This document shows positions 1-7,619 of a stretch of 64,000 bases of DNA, one piece after another. Both the position numbers and the translations under genes were made by a program. This stretch comes from an uncultured Acidobacteriota bacterium (GTDB lineage: Bacteria > Acidobacteriota > Thermoanaerobaculia > UBA5066 > Gp7-AA6), in assembly GCA_963739435.1 (NCBI GenBank), contig CAVUAN010000005.1, positions 168,128 through 232,127 on the forward strand, given 5' to 3'. Every line of letters begins with the position of its first letter. Position 1 is the stretch's first letter. The notes under the pieces were generated by a model. It was given only the letters and a program-made list of their open reading frames with translations. It did no database searches and was not told the DNA's origin.

Positions 1-74
1 CCTCGTGACCGGGCATCGTGTCTGCCTCCTGCGCGATCAAATCAGACGCCACCGGGCCGTGCAAGCGGCGGGCC

Positions 75-104
75 AAAAAAAATCGGGGGGCCAAAGCCCC
101 CCGA
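75..104 (-). terminator. Rho-independent terminator downstream of the RRM protein gene
   Basis: On the minus strand a 9-bp GC stem (TCGGGGGGC / GCCCCCCGA, 4-nt loop, about 83-104) is followed directly by an 8-nt T run (75-82). It lies 37 nt after the stop at 141. Confidence 0.7.
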
Positions 105-140
105 ATTCAGTCGGTCTCTTTTGAGAACAGCGGCTGATAT

Positions 141-455
141 CTAGTAGCGGTCGCGGCCACCACCGCCGCCGCCGCCGTAGCCGCCACGGCCACCGCCGCC
201 GCCGCCGCCGCCCGTCTTCGGGCGCGCCTCGTTGACCGTCAGCGCGCGGCCGCCAAACTCCTGGCCCGACAGGCCGGAGATCGCTGCGCGGGCTTCGGCC
301 TCGTCCGGAAACTCGACGAATCCGAAGCCCTTGGACCGGCCGGTGTCGCGGTCGGTGATGACGGCCACGGAATCGACAGTGCCGTACTGCGAGAACATTT
401 TGCGAAGATCGTCTTCGCTGGTGTTGTAGGGAAGGTTACCAACGTACAGTTTCAT
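141..455 (-). CDS. RRM-type RNA-binding protein with glycine/arginine-rich C-terminal tail
   Basis: Intact 104-aa ORF. It has the RNP-2 motif LYVGNL and the RNP-1 motif KGFGFVEF. The C-terminal tail is GGGGGGGGRGGYGGGGGGGRDRY. Confidence 0.9.
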   Translation of the reverse strand: MKLYVGNLPYNTSEDDLRKMFSQYGTVDSVAVITDRDTGRSKGFGFVEFPDEAEARAAISGLSGQEFGGRALTVNEARPKTGGGGGGGGRGGYGGGGGGGRDRY

Positions 456-593
456 CGAAGCAGAGTCCTGTTACCGGCGTCTCTTTTCCGGCCCCGCCGC
501 GCCGTTCGGCGGAATCGTCTTCCCGTTCAATTCGATCCGTCTTTGGCGAGCGCAGGAAAGCGTGCAAAAGGCGAGCGAAACGAGAAGGAGCGC

Positions 594-622
594 AGTCTAG
601 CAGCGGACCGCCCGGGAATCAA
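594..622 (-). promoter_or_regulatory. Candidate sigma70-type promoter for the RRM protein gene
   Basis: The minus strand reads TTGATT, a 17-nt spacer, then TAGACT. This would give a 5' UTR of about 130 nt. The -35 element overlaps the stop of the upstream FAD-subunit gene. Identified by pattern match only. Confidence 0.4.
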
Positions 623-1614
623 CCGCGTCCGGCGTTGCGTCCGGCTATTTCTCGCAGAGCCGCAGAAACAAAAGACTTCGTCACCTCTTTACGCCAGTGT
701 AAAGAAAAGTCCGTGTTGTCCATCGGGCGAGAGGGGCCGGCCGCTGCGGCCGAGGCAGCCGCGATCGTGCCGGCATCCAGACGGCGGCCAACGAGGGCCT
801 GCTCGGCCGCCACGAGCCGGATAGGGGCCGACGACACGCCTCCGAGCACCAGGCGGGCCTGCCGCACGGTCTCGCCTTCCCACCAGGCCGCGGCGCCCAC
901 CGAAAGCACCGGGAAGTCGAAGGATCCGCGCCGGCGAAGCTTCGCATAGCTCGCCCGCCAGCCTTCCGGCTTCGGCAGGCGGATCTCCGTCAGAAGCTCG
1001 TCGGGCCTCTTGGTCAGGTAGTGGATGCCGTCGTTCTGGTAGAGATCTTCGACCGCGACCTCCCGTTCTCCGTCCTTCGAGACGAGGAGCACGCGCGCGT
1101 TGATGGCGATCAAGACGGGCACCGAGTCGGCCGATTGGACGGCCAGGCAGGTCGGCGAGCCGGGCGCCACCCAGCAGATGTCGCCGTCCTTCTTCATGCA
1201 GAACTTGATCGCCTGCCGCCACTCGTAGTTCTGGTCGTAGTAGTTGCAGCGCGTGTCGAGCAACACGTTGCCGCCGAGCGTGCCCATGTTGCGCAGCAGG
1301 GGCGTCGATATCTCCTCGATGGCGTGCGCGAGCCCCGCGTAATGGCGCCTGATCCGCCGGTCGCGCTCGATTTCGGAAAGCGGCACGGAGGCCCCGATCG
1401 TGGGCCCCCCGGCGCCGAAGCGCATTCTCCGCAGCGACGGGATGCGCGAGAGGCCGATGACGGTCTTGGGCGTCTGCTGGCGCCGCTTCATGTTCGGGTA
1501 GAGATCGGTCCCGCCGGCGACGAACGACCCCTCGGGACCGGCGTCCGCCTTGATCGCGACCGCCTCCTTCACCGAGGTCGGCGCGTAATAGCGGAAGCGA
1601 GGGAGCCTCATCAT
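619..1614 (-). CDS. FAD-binding subunit of a xanthine-dehydrogenase-family molybdoenzyme (CoxM/XdhB/HcrB-like) with a 4-Cys insertion
   Basis: I trimmed track ORF 619..1686 to the ATG-ATG at 1614 (MMRLPRFRYYAPTSVKEAV...). It contains the FVAGGTDLYPNMK FAD-binding motif. The insertion RCNYYDQNYEWRQAIKFCMKKDGDICWVAPGSPTC gives a C-x15-C-x7-C-x8-C pattern. Confidence 0.85.
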   Translation of the reverse strand: MMRLPRFRYYAPTSVKEAVAIKADAGPEGSFVAGGTDLYPNMKRRQQTPKTVIGLSRIPSLRRMRFGAGGPTIGASVPLSEIERDRRIRRHYAGLAHAIEEISTPLLRNMGTLGGNVLLDTRCNYYDQNYEWRQAIKFCMKKDGDICWVAPGSPTCLAVQSADSVPVLIAINARVLLVSKDGEREVAVEDLYQNDGIHYLTKRPDELLTEIRLPKPEGWRASYAKLRRRGSFDFPVLSVGAAAWWEGETVRQARLVLGGVSSAPIRLVAAEQALVGRRLDAGTIAAASAAAAGPSRPMDNTDFSLHWRKEVTKSFVSAALREIAGRNAGRG

Positions 1615-1620
1615 GAGCGA

Positions 1621-1653
1621 GAGTCCAAAGTCCAAAGTCCAAAGTCCAAAGTC
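1621..1653. repeat. Tandem heptamer repeat (GTCCAAA x4) filling the spacer between the Mo-subunit and FAD-subunit genes; right arm of a 33-bp inverted repeat
   Basis: The plus strand reads gagtccaaagtccaaagtccaaagtccaaagtc. On the coding (minus) strand this is GACTTTG x4, lying between the TGA at 1654-1652 and the ATG at 1614. Confidence 0.8.
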
Positions 1654-4138
1654 ATCGCACTCCCCCGGCGCCGGTAACGACAGCATCGGCGGCCTTGCCG
1701 TCGCCGCCCTCTGAGGGTGTGAGAACGTGGATAGGTTCGGGATAGGGAATCTCCGGAAATCGGGTGGGTCCGTAACGCGCCGGCCTGCCCTGCGCTCTGG
1801 CCTTCAGCGCCTTCAGCACTTTTTCGGGCGTTGCCGGAACCTCATCCACGCGAACGCCCACCGCGTCGTAGATCGCGTTGACGACGGCCGGAGGAATCGG
1901 CAGCAGAGGGCCCTGTCCCACTTCCTTCGCGCCGTAGGGGCCGTTGGGATCCGGGTCCTCGACGAGGTACGTCTCGATCTCGGGCATCTCCATCGTGGTC
2001 GGGCTCTTGTACTCGAGCATCGAGGGAAACTTGTGGACGACGTTGTCGGCGACGTCGTCGCGGTAGGCCATCTCCTCCATCGTCGCTTCGCCCAGGCCCA
2101 TGTACACGGAGCCTTCGACCTGGCCGACGACGAGCGCGGGATTGATGCACTTGCCGACGTCGTGGGCGATCCAGATCTTCGGCACCCGGTAGATGCCGGT
2201 CTCGGGATCGACCGAGACCTCCACGACCGCCGCCGAATAGGAGTAGGCGGGCGACGGGCCGACACCCGCGCCGCGGTAGCGGCCGGCCGAGGGCGGCGGC
2301 GAGTACGAGCCGACCGTGCCGAGCGTGCCGAACTTCGACTCCGCCAGCACCGCGGCCTCGGCAAAGGTCATCCCCTTTTCCGGGTTTTCGACGTCGAAGA
2401 CGCGCCCGCCGGCCAGAGAAATCCGCACGCCGGGCACCTCGAGCTTCGCGCCGGCCGCGGCAACCAGCATCTCGCGGGCCCGCTCGGCCGCCTGAAGCGC
2501 GGCGTTGCCCGTCATGAGCGTGACACGCGAGGAGTAGGAACCCAGATCCACCGGCGTCAAATCCGTGTCGCCCGTCACCACGCGGATGTCGAAGGGGTCG
2601 ATCCCCAGCACTTCCGCCACGATGTAGGCCAGGACCGAGTCCGAGCCCTGTCCGATGTCGGTCGAGCCACAGAAGACCGTTACCCCGCCGCCGCGGTCCA
2701 CCTTCAACTGCACGCCCGACTGCGGCATGGAGTTCCAGTAGATCGGCAGCCCGGCGCCGCAAATGTAGGACGAGCAGGCGAGGCCGAGGCCGCGGTTGGG
2801 TGGCAGCTTGCCGCGCCGCCTCTTCCAGCCCGAGGCCGCGACGACCTTGTCGATGCAGGCGCCGAGGCCCATCGAGCCAATGCGGAGGTAGTTGGCCGTC
2901 AGCGAGTCGGGCGGCTGCAGGTGAGCCTTGCGCATCGCCGCCGGATCGAGGCCCAGGTCGCAGGCGATCTTGTCGAGCTGGGCTTCCAGAGCAAAGCGCG
3001 GCTGCGGCGTCCCGTGGCCGCGCTTGGGGCCGCAGGGCGGCTTGTTCGTGAAGACGCGGGCGCCGTCAAAGCGGTAGGCGGGCACCTCGTAGGTCACAGT
3101 TTGGAGCGCCCCCGTGTAGTACGTCGAGGCGACGCCGTAGGAACCGTAGCCGCCGCCGTCGAGCACCGTTTGCAGGTGCATCGCCGTGATCGCGCCGTCT
3201 TTTGTAACGCCCGTCTTCAAGCGCATCAGGGTCGGATGCCGGCCGCGGTGGCAGTAGAAAACCTCTTCGCGCGTCAGACAGATCTTCACGGGCCGGCCCG
3301 TCACCCGCGAGAGGTGCGCCACCACGATCTCGTGGTTGAACGGATCGGACTTGCCGCCGAAACCGCCGCCGTTGGGCGTCGCGAGGACGCGGATTCTTGC
3401 CGGCGGCATCTCCAGCACCTTGGCGAGGGCGCGGTGCACGTAATGCGGCGTCTGTGTCGAAGACCAGAGCGCGAGCTTCCCGTCGGGCCCGAAATCGGCG
3501 ACGGCCGCGTGCTGCTCGATCGGCAGGTGTGTCGAGCCCTCGTAGAAGAAGAGATCGTCGTAGGTCCGGTCGGCGCGGGCGAAGCCTTCTTCGGTCGAGC
3601 CGAACTCCATCGCCACGAGCTTGTGGAAGTTGCCGGAGTCGCCGTAGTCGTGGATCCTCGGCTCGGGCGTCGCGACGGCCTTTTCGATAGAGCCGATCGG
3701 CGTCAGGTCCTCGTAGACCACATCGATATGGCCGAGCGCAGCGACCGCGGCGTCCTCGTCCACGGCTGCGACAGCCGCCACGGGGTCGCCCACGAACCGG
3801 ACGCGGTCGAGGCACAGCGCGTGCTCGTCCTGCGAGACGGGCAGGATGCCGAAAGAAATCGGCAGGTCGCTTCCAGTTGCGACCGCCGCGACGCCCGGCA
3901 TCTTCAAGGCGCGCGACGTGTCGATCGAGACAATGCGGGCGTGCGCGCGCGTGCTGCGCAGGAGCTTGCAATGCAGCATTCGCGGCAGGACGATGTCGTC
4001 GGCGAACCGCGTCTTTCCAGTGACCTTGTCGACGGCGTCGACCTTGGGATGCGGCCGTCCCACGACGCGAGTCTGCAGGCGCGGCCCCCGACTCTGGACT
4101 TTGGGCTTCGGACTTTGGACTCCCCGCGGTTCGTTCAT
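1652..4138 (-). CDS. Molybdopterin-binding large subunit of a xanthine-dehydrogenase/aldehyde-oxidase-family enzyme (CoxL/HcrA-like)
   Basis: I trimmed track ORF 1652..4552 to the ATG at 4138, which overlaps the stop of the 2Fe-2S gene (ATGA). The N-terminus ..VVGRPHPKVDAVDKVTGKTRFADDIVLPRMLH.. and the length of about 828 aa are typical of this subunit class. An alternative GTG start lies at 4063. Confidence 0.85.
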   Translation of the reverse strand: MNEPRGVQSPKPKVQSRGPRLQTRVVGRPHPKVDAVDKVTGKTRFADDIVLPRMLHCKLLRSTRAHARIVSIDTSRALKMPGVAAVATGSDLPISFGILPVSQDEHALCLDRVRFVGDPVAAVAAVDEDAAVAALGHIDVVYEDLTPIGSIEKAVATPEPRIHDYGDSGNFHKLVAMEFGSTEEGFARADRTYDDLFFYEGSTHLPIEQHAAVADFGPDGKLALWSSTQTPHYVHRALAKVLEMPPARIRVLATPNGGGFGGKSDPFNHEIVVAHLSRVTGRPVKICLTREEVFYCHRGRHPTLMRLKTGVTKDGAITAMHLQTVLDGGGYGSYGVASTYYTGALQTVTYEVPAYRFDGARVFTNKPPCGPKRGHGTPQPRFALEAQLDKIACDLGLDPAAMRKAHLQPPDSLTANYLRIGSMGLGACIDKVVAASGWKRRRGKLPPNRGLGLACSSYICGAGLPIYWNSMPQSGVQLKVDRGGGVTVFCGSTDIGQGSDSVLAYIVAEVLGIDPFDIRVVTGDTDLTPVDLGSYSSRVTLMTGNAALQAAERAREMLVAAAGAKLEVPGVRISLAGGRVFDVENPEKGMTFAEAAVLAESKFGTLGTVGSYSPPPSAGRYRGAGVGPSPAYSYSAAVVEVSVDPETGIYRVPKIWIAHDVGKCINPALVVGQVEGSVYMGLGEATMEEMAYRDDVADNVVHKFPSMLEYKSPTTMEMPEIETYLVEDPDPNGPYGAKEVGQGPLLPIPPAVVNAIYDAVGVRVDEVPATPEKVLKALKARAQGRPARYGPTRFPEIPYPEPIHVLTPSEGGDGKAADAVVTGAGGVR
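4090..4122. repeat. Left arm of the 33-bp inverted repeat (degenerate heptamers) at the 5' end of the Mo-subunit gene
   Basis: The plus strand reads gactctggactttgggcttcggactttggactc. Its reverse complement matches 1621-1653 at 30 of 33 positions. Confidence 0.75.
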
Positions 4139-4734
4139 CGCTGCAGCACCGGAAGCAGGCCGCTCTCGTCGAAGTCCGTGCCGTAGAGGGATTCCTTCGA
4201 CGGGGCTGCGGCTGCTTCGCCGCGCATCCAGGCGGCGGCGAGCTCGACTGCCTCGAAGATCTTGATGTAGCCCGTGCATCGGCAGAGATTGCCGGCCAGG
4301 GCCTGCTGGATCTCCTTCCGCGTGGGCTTGGGGTTTTCCTCGAGGAGAGCTTTTGCCGTCAGGAGGAACCCGGGCGTGCAGTAGCCGCACTGAGCCGCGC
4401 CCAGGTCCGCAAAGGCCTTCTGCAGCGGATGGAGACCGGAAGGTCCCGCCATCCCCTCGACCGTCTCGATCGACTTGCCCTCGCAATCGAGACCGAGCAC
4501 CAGGCAGGAGAGGACGGGCTGGCCGTCCACCAGCACGGCGCACGTGCCGCACTCTCCCAACTCGCAGCCGTGTTTGGTGCCCGTCAGCCCCATGTCCTCG
4601 CGCAGCACCTCGAGCAGCGTCTTGTACGGAGCGAAGGCAACTTCGGCCGTCTCGCCGTTGCAGAGGAAGCGGAGGTGCGCCTTTTCGAGCTCGGGTGCCT
4701 CAGATTTCTTCGGGCGGGACATGGGAAGACGCAA
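4135..4734 (-). CDS. [2Fe-2S]-binding small subunit (CoxS/HcrC-like)
   Basis: The protein has a plant-type cluster, GCELGECGTC (C-x4-C-x2-C), and a second cluster, QCGYCTPG ... NLCRCTGY. The start is either TTG at 4734 or ATG at 4722. Confidence 0.9.
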   Translation of the reverse strand: MRLPMSRPKKSEAPELEKAHLRFLCNGETAEVAFAPYKTLLEVLREDMGLTGTKHGCELGECGTCAVLVDGQPVLSCLVLGLDCEGKSIETVEGMAGPSGLHPLQKAFADLGAAQCGYCTPGFLLTAKALLEENPKPTRKEIQQALAGNLCRCTGYIKIFEAVELAAAWMRGEAAAAPSKESLYGTDFDESGLLPVLQR

Positions 4735-4831
4735 TCTAATCCCTTTGGTTTCTGAAGGAAAGGTCGCGTATGCTGACCGACCGGTCAGGTGGACTGCAAG
4801 CCCCTCTGCTGCAATCTCATAGGCTTGCCCG

Positions 4832-5954
4832 ATGAAGCTCGAAACTCTTTTCGTCCACGCCGCACATCACATCGACAAGGAGACGGGAGCGGTCGCGCCG
4901 CCTATCCACCTCTCCACGACTTTTGCGCGCGGCGCGGACAACGCCCTGATCGGCCCGACGCAGTACATCCGCGAGGGCAACCCGACGCAGTCGCTGCTCG
5001 AAGAGGCGCTGGCGCCGCTCGAAGGCGGCGAGGCGGCCCTGGCCTTCGCGTCCGGAATGGCGGCGGGCGTCGCCGTGCTCCAGAGCCTGGAGTCCGGCAG
5101 CCACTTCATTCTGCCCAACGACATCTACTACGGCTACCGCGTCGCGGCCCGCGACTTCCTCGAGCGCTCGGGCCTGCAGACCGACGCGGTCAACATGGAC
5201 GACCTGGCGGCTCTCAAGAAGGCGCTTCGCCCCAACACCAGGCTCGTCTGGCTCGAATCGCCATCGAACCCGCTCATGAAGGTGACGGACCTTGCGGCGG
5301 CGGCCGCCCTCGCGCGGGCCGCGGGAGCAGTCGTTGTCGTCGACAACACGTTCGCCACCCCGGTGCTCCAGCGCCCGATCTCCCTTGGCGCCGACATCGT
5401 GCTCCACGCCACGACCAAGTACATCGGCGGCCACAGCGACGTCCAGGGAGGGGCCCTCGTCTTCAAGAGCAAGAATGAGTTCTTCGAAAGGGTCGAGCAC
5501 GCCCGGCACATCTTGGGCGGCGTCGGCTCCCCCTTCAACGCCTGGCTCGCCCTCCGCGGCCTCCGGACGCTGCCCGTACGCATGGAGCGCCAGAGCGCGA
5601 ACGCCATGGCGATCGCCCGCGCCCTCGCGAAGCACCCGGGCGTCTCGGCCGTGCACTACCCGGGCCTCGAGTCCGATCCCGGGCACACCATCGCGAAGCG
5701 TCAGATGACGGCCTTCGGCGGCATGCTCTCGATCCGGGTCAAAGCCGGGCGCGAGGCGGCCATCGCGGCTGTGTCGGAAAGTTCGGCTCTTTACGAGGGC
5801 GACCTCTTTGGGCGGCACCGAGAGCTTGATCGAGCACCGCGCCACCAGCGAAGGCCCGACTTCCACGACGCCGCCAGACCTCCTGCGTCTTTCGATCGGC
5901 CTTGAACACTCAGACGACCTGATCGCGGACCTCGACCAGGCACTCCGGTCGTGA
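4832..5954 (+). pseudogene. Cys/Met-metabolism PLP enzyme (cystathionine gamma-synthase / beta-lyase family), single frameshift near 5765-5785
   Basis: The N-terminal 310 aa are typical of the family, including the PLP-lysine motif ATTKYIGGHSD. After ..GREAAIAAV the canonical C-terminus continues in the +1 frame to TGA 5952-5954 (RKVRLFTRATSLGGTESLIEHRATSEGP..LLRLSIGLEHSDDLIADLDQAL). The total length of 1123 nt is not a multiple of 3. Confidence 0.75.
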
Positions 5955-5955
5955 G

Positions 5956-6942
5956 TTAGACCGGCGTCCGCATGGGGACGACCCGGGGCTGACCGGAACC
6001 GCCCAGGGCCGGGATGACTGGCCCGCGCGGCACAGGAGTGAGGGTGGGGCCGGACGGCGTCGGCGTTGCCGTTGGCTGCGGCGTCCGGGTCGGGCTGAAG
6101 ACCGGCGTCGCCGTCGGCGGAAAAGGTGTCGCCGTCGCCAACGGCGTGGCTGACCGGGTGGGCGTTGCCGTCGGCGGCGTGCCGCTCGGGGTCCGCGTCG
6201 GCGTGAATGTCGTCGTTGCCGTACGCGTCGGCGTCGACGTGGGAGGCGTGCCGGTGATCGTGGGCGTGTGCGTCGGGGTTCGGCTCGGCGACGGACTTGG
6301 ACTGGGTGAGGGTGATGCGGTGAATGTCCGGGTGAATGTTGCGGTCGCGGTCGGCGTGAACGTCGGCCCGCTGCTCGTATTCGTCGGCGACGCCGTGACG
6401 CCCGCCGTCGATGTCCGCGTCGGCGTGCTCGAAAGCGTCGGTGTGAACGTCGCTGTCGCCGTGCGCGTCGGCGACGCTGTGAACGTCGATGTCGGCGTCA
6501 GAGAGGGCGTCCACGTCGAGGTATTGGTCGGTGTCGGCCCGTCGTCGTTCAGGATCGTGCCGGTGCCCGTGTCCCGCAGGAGCGTCGCGTTGGTCGGGTT
6601 CGAGAGAACGACGGTGAACGTCTCGTTCTGCTCCGCGACGGTATCCCCGACGATTGGCACGCTGATCGTGCCGACCAACCCACCCGCGAAGATGATGAGC
6701 GTGCCGGACCGGAACTGGTAGTCGTTGTCCGCCAGCGTCGCCGTCCCATCGACGGTCATGTAGTCCACCGTGATCGTGAACGTGCTCGCAGCCGAGAGGT
6801 TGACCGTGAACACCGCGTTCGTCGTCCCGAAGTTGCCTTCGGGCGTCGCCACGTCGTTGATCGATAGGGTCGGAGTCTGCGCCGCCGCGACGCCAGCGAG
6901 CAGCCAGCCAGCGAAGACAGCAAGGAATGTGCGCGTCTGCAG
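5956..6942 (-). CDS. Secreted Calx-beta domain protein with long Pro/Thr-rich C-terminal region
   Basis: The Calx-beta signature is present ([29 protein letters not shown]...[24 protein letters not shown]...GTILNDD). It is followed by about 190 aa of PT/ST repeats. A signal peptide ([22 protein letters not shown]) is encoded upstream of the track start at 6852. The only start option before it is CTG at 6942, preceded by GGAG. An in-frame TAG lies at 6957-6955. Confidence 0.7.
   Translation of the reverse strand: MQTRTFLAVFAGWLLAGVAAAQTPTLSINDVATPEGNFGTTNAVFTVNLSAASTFTITVDYMTVDGTATLADNDYQFRSGTLIIFAGGLVGTISVPIVGDTVAEQNETFTVVLSNPTNATLLRDTGTGTILNDDGPTPTNTSTWTPSLTPTSTFTASPTRTATATFTPTLSSTPTRTSTAGVTASPTNTSSGPTFTPTATATFTRTFTASPSPSPSPSPSRTPTHTPTITGTPPTSTPTRTATTTFTPTRTPSGTPPTATPTRSATPLATATPFPPTATPVFSPTRTPQPTATPTPSGPTLTPVPRGPVIPALGGSGQPRVVPMRTPV
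5990..6540 (-). repeat. Low-complexity Pro/Thr/Ser-coding repeat region inside the Calx-beta gene
   Basis: The translation is TPTxTxT / SPSPSPSPS repeats. The GVGVAVG-type ORF 6014..6721 on the plus strand is the antisense artefact of this repeat. Confidence 0.6.
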
Positions 6943-7037
6943 ACTTCTCCCGCGCTACGTAAGGTATCGCACCCCGATCCTAAAGAAAACGTTCAAGTCG
7001 AGCCGGCTCGATCCGCCGACACCACAATCACGCACCC

Positions 7038-7604
7038 ATGCGCGCGAGGTTTGTCTTCCTCATCTCGTTCGCTCTCGCCGCCGCCGTCGCGCGCGCGGAC
7101 CAGACCGTCACGGTCGGGCCTGGACTGAGCTTCAGTCCTTCAACTGTCACGGTCGCTCCCGGCGAGCAGGTCATCTGGAATTTCGCGTCCGGGCCGCACA
7201 CGACCACGAGCGACGCGACCTCGGGCCCCGAAATCTGGGACTCGGGGATCCAGTTCTCGGGCACCTTCTCCCACACGTTCACGACGCCGGGGACCTACCC
7301 GTATCACTGCTCGGTGCACAGCTTTGCCGGCGGCACGATGATGAACGGCGTCGTGCAGGTCGCGGCGGTCACCGATACGCCAACGCCGACGCTCACGCCT
7401 TCGAGTCCCCCGACGACGACGCCAACGCCAACGTCCACGAGCGTTCCGACGGCAACGGCGACTGCGGTCGCAGCCCCCACACCGACGCCCACGCCCGCCG
7501 GAGCAGGCGTCGCGGTCCCGGATCTGGGCCTGCCCGGACGGTTCGTGCTCGCGGCAATTCTTGCCGCCGTGGCGCTCTACCTGCTGCTCACCCGCTCCCG
7601 GTAG
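7038..7604 (+). CDS. Secreted type-1 copper (cupredoxin/plastocyanin-like) protein with PT linker and C-terminal TM anchor
   Basis: The signal peptide is MRARFVFLISFALAAAVARA. Copper ligand pattern: H in SGPHTT, then YHCSVHSFAGGTMM (C, H, M). A PT-rich linker follows, then VPDLGLPGRFVLAAILAAVALYLLLTRSR. Confidence 0.8.
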   Translation: MRARFVFLISFALAAAVARADQTVTVGPGLSFSPSTVTVAPGEQVIWNFASGPHTTTSDATSGPEIWDSGIQFSGTFSHTFTTPGTYPYHCSVHSFAGGTMMNGVVQVAAVTDTPTPTLTPSSPPTTTPTPTSTSVPTATATAVAAPTPTPTPAGAGVAVPDLGLPGRFVLAAILAAVALYLLLTRSR

Positions 7605-7619
7605 GAAGCCGTCTCGTCC

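Noticed and set aside
1727-4186. Very long ORFs on the strand opposite to clearly assignable genes. Examples are 1727..4186(+), 7650..9506(+), 20644..23115(+), 23873..24769(+), 25484..27148(+), 53711..55405(+) and 55553..57499(+).
   Set aside because: Their translations are Arg/Gly/Ala/Pro-rich low-complexity strings with no motifs. They lie antisense to genes with strong family signatures. Such shadow ORFs are expected in GC-rich DNA, where stop codons are rare.
4740-4831. A possible SAM-type riboswitch in the 97-nt divergent spacer upstream of the Cys/Met PLP enzyme gene. It has the hairpins CTGACC-GACC-GGTCAG and GCAAGCC...GGCTTGC.
   Set aside because: I cannot match the sequence to any SAM riboswitch consensus from memory. 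Two generic hairpins in a short spacer are not enough. A covariance-model scan (Rfam) would be needed.
5990-6540. The repetitive DNA at 5990-6540, and the heptamer arrays at 1621-1653 and 4090-4122, considered as possible CRISPR or other spaced-repeat arrays.
   Set aside because: There are no alternating conserved repeats of 24-40 bp with unique spacers. The first region is a coding Pro/Thr repeat and the others are contiguous 7-nt tandem units. I saw no cas genes.
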